Position numbers and translations under genes: made by a program. The notes beneath the pieces were generated by a model. The model saw only the letters and a list, made by a program, of their open reading frames with translations, was not told the origin of the DNA and searched no databases. DNA of 63,253 nucleotides, filler included, from Octopus bimaculoides (lineage: Eukaryota): NCBI RefSeq assembly GCF_001194135.2. It is 5 parts of 4 records of this genome, joined end to end, with 100 filler letters (N's around TTAATTAATTAA, not from the genome) between each part and the next. Parts side by side here need not be neighbours in the genome. Positions count along the whole stretch, not along the records: positions 18,489 to 29,088 come from NC_068993.1; positions 29,189 to 54,861 come from NC_068985.1; 3 more parts are not named here. One strand, given 5' to 3'. Shown here one piece after another: positions 27,800 to 41,432 of this stretch (positions are counted from its first letter, which is position 1; each line of letters opens with the position of its first letter).

Positions 27800-28752
27800 T
27801 AACGCAGTCTCTTAACGAGACCAGAAAACATATTAATATTCTGGAACGGAAAAAAAAGATATGAATTTCAGCGAGAGAAATATGTTGAGCTAGAGAGGTA
27901 GTATAGGTGAAGAGAAAGGGAATCAACGTTGTGGTTGGGGAATTAAGACAGAGATTGAAAGCTAAAGCACATAAACAAAACAGATATGAACAGAGAATTA
28001 AGCAGTACAGATTAAACAGACTTTTCGAACGAAATCAGAAACGAGTCTATCAGGAACTGCATGAGAAAGAAATGGGTGAAAAGGCCGTGCCGGATGCTGA
28101 AGAAAGCAAATGATTCTGGTTAAATATATGGTCTCAGCAGAAACAACACGAAACTGAAGCAGACACTCAAAGAAGAGAGTACCAGTAGGAGGATTTGAGA
28201 ATAACTGGAAAGCGCCTAGCCCAGAGGAGGTTCAGGGCTTTTGGCTTAAAAACTCGACAGCTCTGCACGGGAGAATTGCGAGACAGATGAACGTAATGTT
28301 GAGCAGTGGCATCCAAGTACCTACCTGAATGACAAAAGGAAGAACGGTACTATGCCAGAAGGGAATGCGGTTGGAAATTTCTGACCGATATCATGTTTGC
28401 TACTGATATGGAAACTGATGACGGGCATCATATCAAACAGCACCTATAAGTACCTAGATGAGCAAGATCTACTACCAGTGGAACATAAAGGGAGTTGTAG
28501 ACATAAGAGCAGTGGAACGAAGGATCAATTACTAATCGATAAAACAAACCTGGTTGCCTGCAAGAAGAGGCACAAAACTTTGGCGATGGCATGGGTGGAC
28601 TACAGGAAAACATATGACATGGTCCCACATTCGTGGATTACTGAATGCCTGAAACTGTTTAAGGTCTCGCACAATATCCTGAAGTTAATACAAACCTCAA
28701 TGACGTGACGAACTGAACTCACAGCATGGGGAGATAAGCTGGGAGAGGTAAA
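27800..28752 (+). mobile_element. Decayed R4/Dong-like LINE fragment (pre-RT region and RT N-half)
   Basis: [82 protein letters not shown]. Confidence 0.92.
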
Positions 28753-29088
28753 TCTATATATATAAAAATGAGAATGTGTGTCTGTGTGTCTGTCTGTCTG
28801 TCTGTCTGTGTGTTTCCCTAAAACTCGAGAACTACACAACCAATTTCATTCAAATTTTACACATGTCTTACTTAGGGTTCCGGTTGTGTTTTAGTCCAAA
28901 AAATTTTTTAGCTTCTTGCATAGTTCGAGCCCACAGCAACATCATATCTCCTCCACTATTTAAGTATTACGTGTCAAAAGTGAAACAAAAACACTCATGT
29001 CAAATACTTTCACTTTAAAAATGAAACTATTCCACTAACTCAAACAATCAAATTTCGATACTGTAATGACAGATACTTTCACTTTAAT
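28753..29088 (+). mobile_element. Non-autonomous Helitron-like element, 5' part
   Basis: Begins TCTATATATATAAAAATGAG then (TGTC)n, immediately after an A that interrupts the LINE reading frame. The 3' end is lost in the gap. Confidence 0.6.
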
Positions 29089-29188
29089 NNNNNNNNNNNN
29101 NNNNNNNNNNNNNNNNNNNNNNNNNNNNNNNNTTAATTAATTAANNNNNNNNNNNNNNNNNNNNNNNNNNNNNNNNNNNNNNNNNNNN

Positions 29189-29505
29189 GGCAGATATAGA
29201 ACGTCTTTATCTGCCAAGAAAAGAAGGAGGCCGAGGACTTTTACAGCTGGCATTATCAATGAAGGTAGCCACAATTGGCCTAGACACCTATCTGAAAAAC
29301 TCTGAGGACTGGATGCTAAAACTTGTCTTAAAATATGAAAGCAAGAAAGCATCTTACTCAGTAACAAAACAGGCAAAGGACTATCTAAGTGAATTCCAAT
29401 TGCAACAAATTCAAGAATTAGACGAACTAGAAACACCTGCAGAAAAAGCTAAGCGCTTGAAAACCCGTGCTAAAATTGCTGCCTTAGCTATTATGACTGA
29501 AAAAC
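29189..29505 (+). mobile_element. R4/Dong-like LINE fragment (post-RT region), open frame
   Basis: ADIERLYLPRKEGGRGLLQL...TYLKNSEDWMLKLV. Confidence 0.9.
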
Positions 29506-30267
29506 TTGTAGAGACAGGAAGTAGGAAAGTGTATGTGTGGAGAACATTAGCAATAAAACAGCAAATTCCAGAAGTAAATGCAATAGACACAGGCCTTATG
29601 GAACAAAACTAAAATAATGCACTGTGGAAGTGAGAGGAGATGCTCATCTCCTGTTTCGAGGAGTCCATCTTATGCTAGGAGGTCAATCGCTTTTGTGGTA
29701 GTCATGTGCAGTGATCTTTCTATTTCAGAGAAGCCATCTTCTCCCAGGAAAAATAAGTACCCAACTTTGCGCTCATTGAACAATTGATGAGCTCACTATA
29801 TAAGACGAACATTGGAGATATATCAACATTGAGTAAGAGATAGGATCAGCTTTCAGAAAAATACCGTTATTGATAAATAACCATGGCATATTTTCACTGA
29901 TCTTTAAATGAATGATAGTGGGTGGATGTCTTCTTCTCTTACTTTTGCTTTGGAGGAAACTACGATTGTGCGTCAAACAAAGCAAGCTTTCAACAGGATG
30001 TGTATTCAAAACCATGCTGTTTTTTGATAAGCCGTGGTAGGGCTTACCAAATATGTCAAGACGGGTTGCTCTTGTTATTAAGTGAATCATATTTTATCAA
30101 TCACACATGTTTCTAAATACGTAATTATTGCGTATTTGTAGATAAATTTAAATCATTTTTTCCTTATATCATGAAATATTTTTTGCCACCTGCACGTTAT
30201 TAGTACATCGTATCCCAATACTCTAAATGCTTGAGTCATCTACTTTTTTTAAAATGTAACTTTGTAG

Positions 30268-30418
30268 ATTCTTCTTCTTCTTCTTCTTCTTCTTCTTCTT
30301 CTTCTTCTTCTTCTTCTTCTTCTTCTTCTTCTTCTTCTTCTTCTTCTTCTTCTTCTTCTTCTTCTTCTTCTTCTTCTTCTTCTTCTTCTTCTTCTTCTTC
30401 TTCTTCTTCTTCTTCTTC
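30268..30418. repeat. Long pure (TTC)n
   Basis: Seen directly. Confidence 0.95.
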
Positions 30419-32653
30419 ATTGATTTGCTATAGACGGAACTGCATCTTTTTGATCAGTTGTAATTAGAAAGTTTGTCACGTTTACTGAATGAAAAAAATT
30501 CGTTTCAGATTATTTTCACACAGGGAATCCTGCGTAAACAATGATTTTGTCATAAAACCTGGGGTGAATAAAAGAATATATATTATATTATAAATTCATA
30601 TTATAATTACTTTCACGCCTTTACAGTTCTTTCCAGTATGATTTCTCCTGCTAAAATAACATGTCGTCCACAAGTACACTATCATTCAATTTAGCAACAA
30701 ATATGTAGTCAAGATATAAAGAAAGTATACACAGTAAAACAGGCTTATACCTACACGTCGTCAAATGATAAAAAAATAATATTTGAATGAATAAATGAAA
30801 TAAACTTAGACGTTTCATGCAAAACCTTTAAGAGTAGCATCAATAACATTTTACTCGCAATAATAACATTTAAAACATATATCGACTACCTATAGAATAT
30901 ATGGTGTGACATAATTTTTGCCCAAATTAAATTTTAACTTTCGACATTTTTCCAAGGGTGAAAGAAGATGAATATCAACACACTCTGCTTCTCCAAGAAA
31001 AGTGAACAATTCGATTTGTTCTCTAGAGAAAATTTCACAGAAGCTATAGTCAATGAAGTGGGAAAATGAAGGTTCCAGCGTAGGGGTGTCGTCAAGCCAA
31101 CGATGATAAGAATGGACACCTTTAGTTGGTGTATATGGTATCATACTTCATGTGCCTACCACAATATATTAGTCGGTCGATGCAAGTGGTAATGGTCGTG
31201 ATGTTCTTCCTCGTTATTTTTTGCGTATGAAGTGCTATTGGATAATTGTACAATGTTAATATTTTGGCCTTTTTCACCAGTTTTAAATTGCCGTGTCAAT
31301 TTTAAGTTCATTATACAACGCCTTTTTTATATTCATATCGTGGTCAAATTTGTTTCATATATTTTCCGCCTTGATTGTAAGAAATGTACATGTTCCACGA
31401 GAAAACGCTAAGAATGATCTGACTTCGATTAAAATAATTCTGGTTTAATTTTCAGTATGGAGAATATTATCTCAGTGGGGCTATTTTCCACACAATTTTA
31501 TTTTAAATTGTCTGCATAGTGTTCAAGGGAAATAGCTCAGAGTTTAATTATTCTTGAGACGAATGACTTTCAACAGTTTTACTCAGGGTAATCTTTTTGA
31601 TTACCTGATGTTATTTATTTATTTCGTGGATTAAGGTTATAGTTACCTTTGTTATTGTTTATGAAAATAAGGATGATAATGACGCGACCTTCATATATCT
31701 GTGATCAATAACATCAATATGAATGAAGAGCTAGCACATTTGATGTTAGTGCACACCTCTAACAAAATGCTTTGTGATAATATTGATTTCTAATATAAAC
31801 TCATTTTATTTTCCTGGCAGGGAGTACATTCGATTTTATAGACACCAGTAAGTGACTGGTTCTTTACTTTATTGATCCTGGAAGGATAAAGAGCTAAGTA
31901 TTTATGGCAGGATTTGAATCCAGAATAGAAAACAACATAACTAGATACCCCGAGGAAATTCATCTGCTTTTTTTTTTTTGGCATTTCTGCCATTATGTTG
32001 TCATTGCCTTTTTGAGAAAGTTACACGTTATTATCAGTACAGAATTTGATATCAGCGCAGCAGCACGTTCAGTGCTCACATATATAACGCATATTTCAAA
32101 AAAGAAAAAGTGTATTAGATGCTCCTTCAGTCGTTCAAATATCAATATAATTGAAGAAGAGAATCCAAGCTATGATGAATTTTCTGCTGAACATTTTGTC
32201 AATTAAGCCTGACGAAAGGTAACATATGATTATAGTAATACTACTGTATTGTTTATTATGGATTTCATGATACTATTGTCTCTGTGATTACTTAGGCCAG
32301 CTGAGGTTTGATTGGTGAATCTGCGGTGACGGTATTTCTAGTTTTGTCCATCACATCTTTGTATATCAAGGACTATATTGCCCTCCTTGTTTTCGTAAGG
32401 TAACGTGCTATTTGAAGAAGATCGGACTACTATGTCTTACAGGTCGAACTGTTCAGAAAGATTTCTGCTGTATTTAGTTAGGAATAGTTTGTTTCTTTGA
32501 TATCTTTATCTTTAATAGTGATATTGAGTTTGTTATTTCTATTAAAATTTATCTAGAGTATTTTCTGTATTTCACGTGTTCCTGTAACTATCTCATTAGT
32601 TTGCTGATTGTAGCGGATTGAGCTGTCGTTTATTCAATTGTTGTTGGTATTGC

Positions 32654-32698
<45 letters not shown>

Positions 32699-35487
32699 TT
32701 CTTCTTCTTCTTCTTCTTCTTCTTCTTCTTCTTCTTCTTCTTCTTCTTCTTCTTCTTCTTCTTCTTCTTCTGTTATCGTTGCCACCGGTTCTATTTCCTA
32801 TTTTGTAAACAAAAATGAATCGAGTGTATGCTTTTTATTTAATCTTTTTCTTCAGGAAATATCCCCTTTTCCTTTATTTTTCGCATGATTTGGATCGGTT
32901 TTTGGAAAAAATAAAAGTACAAGAATAGTTGTTAAAATGATATATGTGAGTATGTGTAATGTACCTTCATCTTTGCGTGATCTCTCTGCTTGTAGAGGTT
33001 AACTCAGTGGGTATTTATCTATTGAAGTGCTATCTATGCGGACTATAAGAATAATTTTAACAATATTCTCTTTTACAACTAATCGATTACCATGAGTCAT
33101 AAACACTCTTATATATCACGTACATCAAACAAACCAAATATCTGAGAAAATGAGGTCATTTATGTCACCGCATAAAAATACAAATGTTGTTTGTTTTTCC
33201 TTTCAATTAGATACAATAAATGATAACCTATCTGTTTCTTTCTAAAACAATAACACAAATGATATCAATGAAATAAATGGTCACAGTTAAATAAATGGTC
33301 TCAATGAAATAAATGGGCTCAAACATCAAATACGATTGTAATAAACAGTATCCCTCCAACGCAAGTAAACCCTAACGACCTATGGGTAAGTTAAAAGAAA
33401 GGTTTTTGATTCCAATATATCCATATAGAAATTGAAAGCGAGTAACGAATACAAAAGACTGGAGTGGAAATGTAATATTTCTTTGCACCGTTGATCACAT
33501 TAAATATTATTTTCACAACCCGTTCGATGATAAAGTAATTAAATATCTTCATGTGGTAAGTCACTATACTGTCGGTCTGATGCAGTCCATTGCAAGTGGT
33601 AGTCACAATAAAAGTTCATTTCGTTCCAGTAAAAATATACACTCAACTTTGAATTTATACGGCTAACCAGCTACACAGTTTTACGAGTAGTACTAATGTA
33701 CAGACATTTTTTAATACTGTAAATGATTTTCTAAGCTTAAAATCCAATTTTCATGTTATGAGCACCCTGGAAATTGTAACATGGACTGTACTCATACACA
33801 CACACACATGCACACACATACGCGCGCGCGCACATGCACACTCACATGCAATTTACATACACATATATATACACATACACATAGATACCTTGTTATTTAA
33901 TACCAAATTCACTCACAAGATTCTACTGGAAGGCAATTTATCAAAGCACACTGCAGTGAGCCTGAACACGAAACCGCGACATTACGCAGCATAATGTTTA
34001 TCTATGTCGGCACCTGTGAATACATGTATGTTCTTTTATATAATTGCTATTAAAGTAATAGCATGCAGGAAAAAAATTACAACCAACCATATTTTTAAAA
34101 AGTATAAATATTTTTACGCTTTGATGTGCAATCACGTTTTCATAATCTCAACACACCCCCTCGAAGTGTCTCGTCGTGTTTTACACTTCTAAAGAATGAA
34201 GTACAGCTGACTATATCAACCTCATTAAGTGAATTGCAATTATTTGATCTACTGAAAATAAACTAAAATATCATACATCAGTTTGTTCTAAGCAAACAGA
34301 GAGAAATGATTTAAAGCTGTAATTATTTTTTAGGGTACAGCGCGTATTGTAAAACCTACCATTCTACTCTTGCTTTTATTTTCATATATCTTTAGAGTAT
34401 CATGCAACAGCAGCAGCTCCAATTGAAGAGTATTAATATAAATATATACTACTGACTACAGCAATGGCAAATTATACTACTCCCGATATCAAGAGATATT
34501 TCCAATTGTATCTTATGAGATATCTGATAATCATTTGACATAAACAAATAATATACACTATATTAAATTTTGCTTCATTAGAAGTATAACGAAATAATTT
34601 TTTCTTTAATGATACGTAATGTTTTTGCTACATAAAAAGAGTCAATAGAATATATGTCTGAAAGTGAACAATGTAATATAGAAAGATAATCTCTGATCAT
34701 AGTACTTTTAACCAAATACTTCTTTGAAAGTATTCCCAGGTTTGGTCTAAAGATATAAGTGAGGTAAATCTTACCGAGGGCATTATATAAAAAAAAGAAC
34801 ATTTGATATAAATAATTGGCTCCATTTTTAACATTGATGACAATAGAAATATTTATGTTTTCCTGTGAGACGATTCTGTTTTCCCGTAAACGATTCTGTA
34901 GAGTTTCAAAATAATTGTTAACATAGTTTTAGTGGTTGCAGATATCGCCACAGGTTACAATATGTTTTCCACTTCGTTGCAAGTTAAGTAATTTGGGATA
35001 TGTGGTGTAAGTAACATTGATCTGGATGCACGTGTATAGACAAAAGGGCAAAAAGGGTCCTTATACCAATGCGCTGGTTATTGGAACCACACGATGTTAT
35101 TTACCCCAACTACACTCACAAGTTACAAATCAGTGTATCTGCAATTACCAACACTGGAGACCGATGTGCTTTTTTTTTTCTTTCGACGATACTGGATATA
35201 ATTTAAATGCAAAATATAGCATAGTACTTGATCCTCCTCGTGGTTTTTTTGAAATGGTAATGTTTAAAATGTGTCGTGATATACAATTTAATTATCTGCA
35301 ACAGTGATTTCATGACACTTAATTTATGATGTAATAAAAGCACAAAAGAAGATTTCATAAGATCCCACCTGTCCTCGATTGAAATGACGAATGGATAATA
35401 TCATATTAACACTGCTGTCAGTATACAATTTGGTGTATGTCATATGAAGCTACACACGCACACATGTACGTATATATATATATATAT

Positions 35488-35518
<31 letters not shown>

Positions 35519-37526
35519 TATTTATATATATATGTATGTATATGTATATATANNNNNNNNNNNNNNNNNNNNNNNNNNNNNNNNNNNNNNNNNNNNNNNN
35601 NNNNNNNNNNNNNNNNNNNNNNNNNNNNNNNNNNNNNNNNNNNNNNNNNNNNNNNNNNNNNNNNNNNNNNNNNNNNNNNNNNNNNNNNNNNNNTATATAT
35701 ATATATATATATACATACATATATATATATACACATATACATATATACATGTGTATATATATATATATATATATATATGCACATACTTTGTTACTAAAGA
35801 TTAATCTTGGTTTAAACCATAATATATTTGATTTTCCTCATGCATTCAGCTAGCGACTATAATTTACACTTTACCCTTTTCAAAATGAGCACTGCTCTAA
35901 GGAACCGAAATAATTACCCGATGTACTTGTATGTATGTGTCTTCCATTTGTTTAATGTATGTATGCACAAGTAAACGGATATGTTTCCTTCAGAGACATA
36001 AAATCTGCAGAACTTTTGTTCGATTTGGATGGTTATCATCACGTTGCAAGCATAAAATTCTGCATTCTCATGATGAGGGAATAGTAAGAAAAAATAAAAT
36101 ATAATAGAAATAAGCATTTTTTTTTTATTGAAGAATGTGGGAATATGGGAGAAACATGGAGAAAGCAAGGTAAAAATGAGAGATTTAGTGCAGGTGAGTT
36201 ATGAAGGCATAAATATGTTTGGAGGCTAGTGTAACATATAACAATTCTCTGACAGCTGGATGTAAAATAAAACAGAGAATAGTGAAACGATTCGATGAGA
36301 GTTCAAAACAGTTGGTGATTTGAAAGAAAACGTTTGAAATATAAGAAGGAAGCAAAGGGGGAAAACAGAAAAAAATATCCGAGACATATCGATTCACACA
36401 AGTTGCAATAAAGCATCTTTAGTTGAATTGACATTAACTAAATCGTCTCTGTAGATTTCTGCCATACAGAATAAGTAGACATCAGTACTCTCGTATATAT
36501 TATATACGGAATATAACAGAAATTTCTACAGATATTTGGGGATTTATTTGTATGGACACACTGATAAATCGATGTATTTGAGAGTGCAAGTGCGTGCTTT
36601 CATTATTTATTGTCGTTGGTGTTGTTATTTTTATCATTAATGTTGCTGTCTTTGTTGTTGTTTTTGCTGTTGTTACGGCTATTATTACAAATGCCGCCAT
36701 TAGAGGAATCAAGACAAAGCAGTGGAAATCTCTTTATCCAATATCACTTCTAACGTTGCACGCACTATTGTGGTGCAACCATGCACCTACACAAACTGCA
36801 GCCTCAACCTATAACTTCCAAAACATTACAAATGCCCTCTAGAAAGATCCTGCCTTCCAAGTGCTGTAACCTGCAAAGCCACACTTACGGAATCCAATGG
36901 CATCACAAAGCGCTACACGGACATGACGGGCAATGATTGCTGAAGTAAATACAAACGACATATGTACTCCCTTAGATGCTGGGAAAGAGAATTCCACTTC
37001 CTTGCTTCGTTTCACCGGAGGCTTCGGGACATCTGTAATGAAGCAGCAACATTGAATGGACTTCATGCACAGGGACCCACCCACTCACCGGCAAACGTAC
37101 GCATACACATACACTATGTATGTACTTGTTTCCTCTCTTCCCTCCTCTCACCTTCAAAAACTAAACCACATTCCAACACCTGTTTCCTCCCACAAAACAG
37201 TAGCATTGTCATACTGCATTAGTATAGTCTCATTCGCCTTCACACATAGCTACCAAAAGCATGAATACATATTTACACACACGCGCACATATCGGAGTAA
37301 ATCAAATGCTGTCGCACGCGTATACAACAGGCAAAAACGCAAACAAGATTCTTGCTTATTCCATTTTTCGTTTCACTCATTTATCATAAAATCACCGAAC
37401 ACTGCAGAATTACTGATCTTGATGCAGTAACAAAAATATCCTAACTGTAGATGACATCAAGTATTCTAAACGGTGTAAGTGCATTAATCGCAATGCTACT
37501 AAATATACGGATAAAGTCCTAATAAT

Positions 37527-37558
<32 letters not shown>

Positions 37559-37801
37559 ATTTAAAGTCCTAGTGGCCGTGGTCAAGTGACTGAAAGAAAA
37601 AGCATATACACATATATATATATATATATGGCAGGGAATCGTCAATTAGTAATAAAATTAATAATTAACAATTTTGCCGGGTAGCTCAGTATGAAAAAAC
37701 CTTATCGGTAAAACCATTTATATTCATAAATATATAGGGATTAGCAGTATCCTGCTTCTCCAGCATACTGAGAATTCAGAAATAGCAGCCAAAGAATACT
37801 C

Positions 37802-37932
37802 ATTCCAAAACTACAAATTTTTCTCTAATTGATAGCGATATTTATGGTACACACATAACAAAAAACAAAAAAAAAACAAAAACAGAACATAAATATCGCT
37901 ATCAATTAGAGAAAAATTAGTAGTTTTGGAAT
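37802..37932. repeat. 45-bp inverted repeat with a 41-nt A-rich spacer
   Basis: Arms 37802-37846 and 37888-37932; one mismatch. Confidence 0.95.
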
Positions 37933-39045
37933 CAGTAGTTCNNNNNNNNNNNNNNNNNNNNNNNNNNNNNNNNNNNNNNNNNNNNNNNNNNNNNNNNNNN
38001 NNNNNNNNNNNNNNNNNNNNNNNNNNNNNNNNNNNNNNNNNNNNNNNNNNNNNNNNNNNNNNNNNNNNNNNNNNNNNNNNNNNNNNNNNNNNNNNNNNNN
38101 NNNNNNNNNNNNNNNNNNNNNNNNNNNNNNNNNNNNNNNNNNNNNNNNNNNNNNNNNNNNNNNNNNNNNNNNNNNNNNNNNNNNNNNNNNNNNNNNNNNN
38201 NNNNNNNNNNNNNNNNNNNNNNNNNNNNNNNNNNNNNNNNNNNNNNNNNNNNNNNNNNNNNNNNNNNNNNNNNNNNNNNNNNNNNNNNNNNNNNNNNNNN
38301 NNNNNNNNNNNNNNNNNNNNNNNNNNNNNNNNNNNNNNNNNNNNNNNNNNNNNNNNNNNNNNNNNNNNNNNNNNNNNNNNNNNNNNNNNNNNNNNNNNNN
38401 NNNNNNNNNNNNNNNNNNNNNNNNNNNNNNNNNNNNNNNNNNNNNNNNNNNNNNNNNNNNNNNNNNNNNNNNNNNNNNNNNNNNNNNNNNNNNNNNNNNN
38501 NNNNNNNNNNNNNNNNNNNNNNNNNNNNNNNNNNNNNNNNNNNNNNNATATATATATATATATGTGTGTTGTTTCTTGTTTTTCTTTCAGTCATTGGACC
38601 ACGGCCACGGAGCAGCCTCGAATACTTTAAACTAGCTAATGGACCGCAACACTCTTTCTTTCTCTAAGCTACCTAGTCTATGGATATTATTTGCAGAATA
38701 GTTAGATAGCTGGGAGGTAAGCAAAAGAATATCGGTTGGCTAAAATTTGCAGAGGGCTAATAGAGTAACTGTGATACACGGCCTGAACTATATTTATAAA
38801 TATACGCATACATACATATACGTATTTACGTACAAACATAAATGGGTATATATACATGCTTACATAAATACATACAAGCAAGATGATGCATTCTGCCAGT
38901 AAAGCAGACTGGAGTACTCTGAAATGAAGTTTTTCACTCAAAAACAACACATCAGCCGCTCCCCGAATCGTAATGACAATGTAACGCTAATGAGTGTATG
39001 ACATCGCCCCCACAAACGCATGTGCAGATATACACACATACATCC

Positions 39046-39084
<39 letters not shown>

Positions 39085-39086
<2 letters not shown>

Positions 39087-39290
39087 CAGAAATAAATTTA
39101 TTTCTGAAACGCGTGATAATGCTATAACTAGCGTTATCAGGATAAATTATTCATTTATTGCAGAAAAATACGCTACGTGTCAGCCATGAGACGAACTCAC
39201 ATCTCTGTGATTACGCGTCAAGTGTCTTATTAAACTAAACTGACCAGCAACGAATTCTTTTGCAATTTTAGAACTTATAAATTTAGCTTC
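39085..39290 (-). repeat. Dispersed repeat containing a tRNA-Thr-like cassette (copy 2)
   Basis: Minus strand 39244-39179: acceptor GTCAGTT/GGCTGAC, anticodon loop CG-CGT-AA, T-arm TGAG/CTCA with a small deletion. Confidence 0.65.
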
Positions 39291-40158
39291 ATAAGACGCT
39301 TACGTTAAATTCAACTTTACGAAGAAAGTAANNNNNNNNNNNNNNNNNNNNNNNNNNNNNNNNNNNNNNNNNNNNNNNNNNNNNNNNNNNNNNNNNNNNN
39401 NNNNNNNNNNNNNNNNNNNNNNNNNNNNNNNNNNNNNNNNNNNNNNNNNNNNNNNNNNNNNNNNNNNNNNNNNNNNNNNNNNNNNNNNNNNNNNNNNNNN
39501 NNNNNNNNNNNNNNNNNNNNNNNNNNNNNNNNNNNNNNNNNNNNNNNNNNNNNNNNNNNNNNNNNNNNNNNNNNNNNNNNNNNNNNNNNNNNNNNNNNNN
39601 NNNNNNNNNNNNNNNNNNNNNNNNNNNNNNNNNNNNNNNNNNNNNNNNNNNNNNNNNNNNNNNNNNNNNNNNNNNNNNNNNNNNNNNNNNNNNNNNNNNN
39701 NNNNNNNNNNNNNNNNNNNNNNNNNNNNNNNNNNNNNNNNNNNNNNNNNNNNNNNNNNNNNNNNNNNNNNNNNNNNNNNNNNNNNNNNNNNNNNNNNNNN
39801 NNNNNNNNNNNNNNNNNNNNNNNNNNNNNNNNNNNNNNNNNNNNNNNNNNNNNNNNNNNNNNNNNNNNNNNNNNNNNNNNNNNNNNNNNNNNNNNNNNNN
39901 NNNNNNNNNNNNNNNNNNNNNNNNNNNNNNNNNNNNNNNNNNNNNNNNNNNNNNNNNNNNNNNNNNNNNNNNNNNNNNNNNNNNNNNNNNNNNNNNNNNN
40001 NNNNNNNNNNNNNNNNNNNNNNNNNNNNTATATGTGTGTGTGTGTGTCTGTGTCTGTGTATAAAAGAGATCACTAAGTGGACTACTTATGTGCTAGAAGA
40101 AGATCACTTAAACATTCTCAAAGAAAATTCAACGAAACAAAAACAGGTTATATATATA

Positions 40159-40198
<40 letters not shown>

Positions 40199-41366
40199 CA
40201 TATATATATATTTATATCTACACACGCACACACACATATATATATATACATATATGTATGTATTCATATACATATGCGTGTGTGTGCATGTGTGTGTACA
40301 TATATATTTATATATTTACTTTTCTCTCTATATATATGTGTGTGTGCGTGTGTGTGTGTGTGTGTATGTATATATATATATATATGTTTATGTATGTATA
40401 TTTATCAATGTCCGTACCTTCCGGTCTATTGTGCATTCCATTGTATATCCCTTCACCTCCCGGATATTGCCCTGACCCTGCCCTCGCTATCATATTAGCC
40501 TTTCAGCCTTTTATCACTAATACCATGACCCTGTCCGGAGGAAACCTCCACATATTCCACATTCGTGAGTTATTCTGTTTTTCAAAATATTACATCAATT
40601 AAGGACTCTTCTAAATCTTCCCCCGCTCGTTTTGTCTGTTTCCATTTTTAAGCTCATTAAAATATATATATGTGTGTGTGTGTGTGTGCGTGTGTGTGTA
40701 TGTGCGCGCGTGTGCATGTGTGCGTGTGTGTGTATGTGTGTGTGCACGTGTGTTTGTGTGTGCACATATACCCGGACACAAATGCACACACAACACACTC
40801 TTATACGTATTCTTTTCATCAATATTCTTGTTCACCAGCTGACAGTTTTTTTCCTCAATTCCTTTGATATTTCTATACTTACCACTTGTGTGTGTGTGTA
40901 TGTATGTGTTTGTTCGTTTGTGTATCCTTTGCTCTTCTGTTCTTCTTTAGGAAGTATCTTATCTTTAATTCTCATCTTTATGTAGATATGTATATCTTTG
41001 ATATTTGTAATGAATTTATACCAGTTTATATCCCTTATGTAAATATTCAACAACCATTATTTTCATAATTCTCTTTATCGTACACCGTATTTGTTATAGC
41101 AGTTTACCTTTAAATTTATTTACTCATCTTTTACTTTTTTTCAGTCATTAGAGTCTGCTCATACAGTTAAACGCCTTGGCGTATTTTAGTCGAACTCTTC
41201 GTTTCCAGTCCTTATATTTTTTTAAAGCGTGATATTCTTCTACCGGCCCGTTCTACCGAATGACGAATATACAGTGACGTAAACACGTCGATACAAATTT
41301 TCAACAAATAGTGGGGATCAAACATCAAACACAGACATAGATCCAGAGATATAAGTAAATAAATAA

Positions 41367-41432
<66 letters not shown>

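Noticed and set aside
36720-37100. GC-richer unique block with short ORFs and GTAAGT/GTGAGT donor-like motifs on the minus strand
   Set aside because: No recognisable protein similarity and no convincing acceptor. An exon cannot be excluded without RNA-seq.
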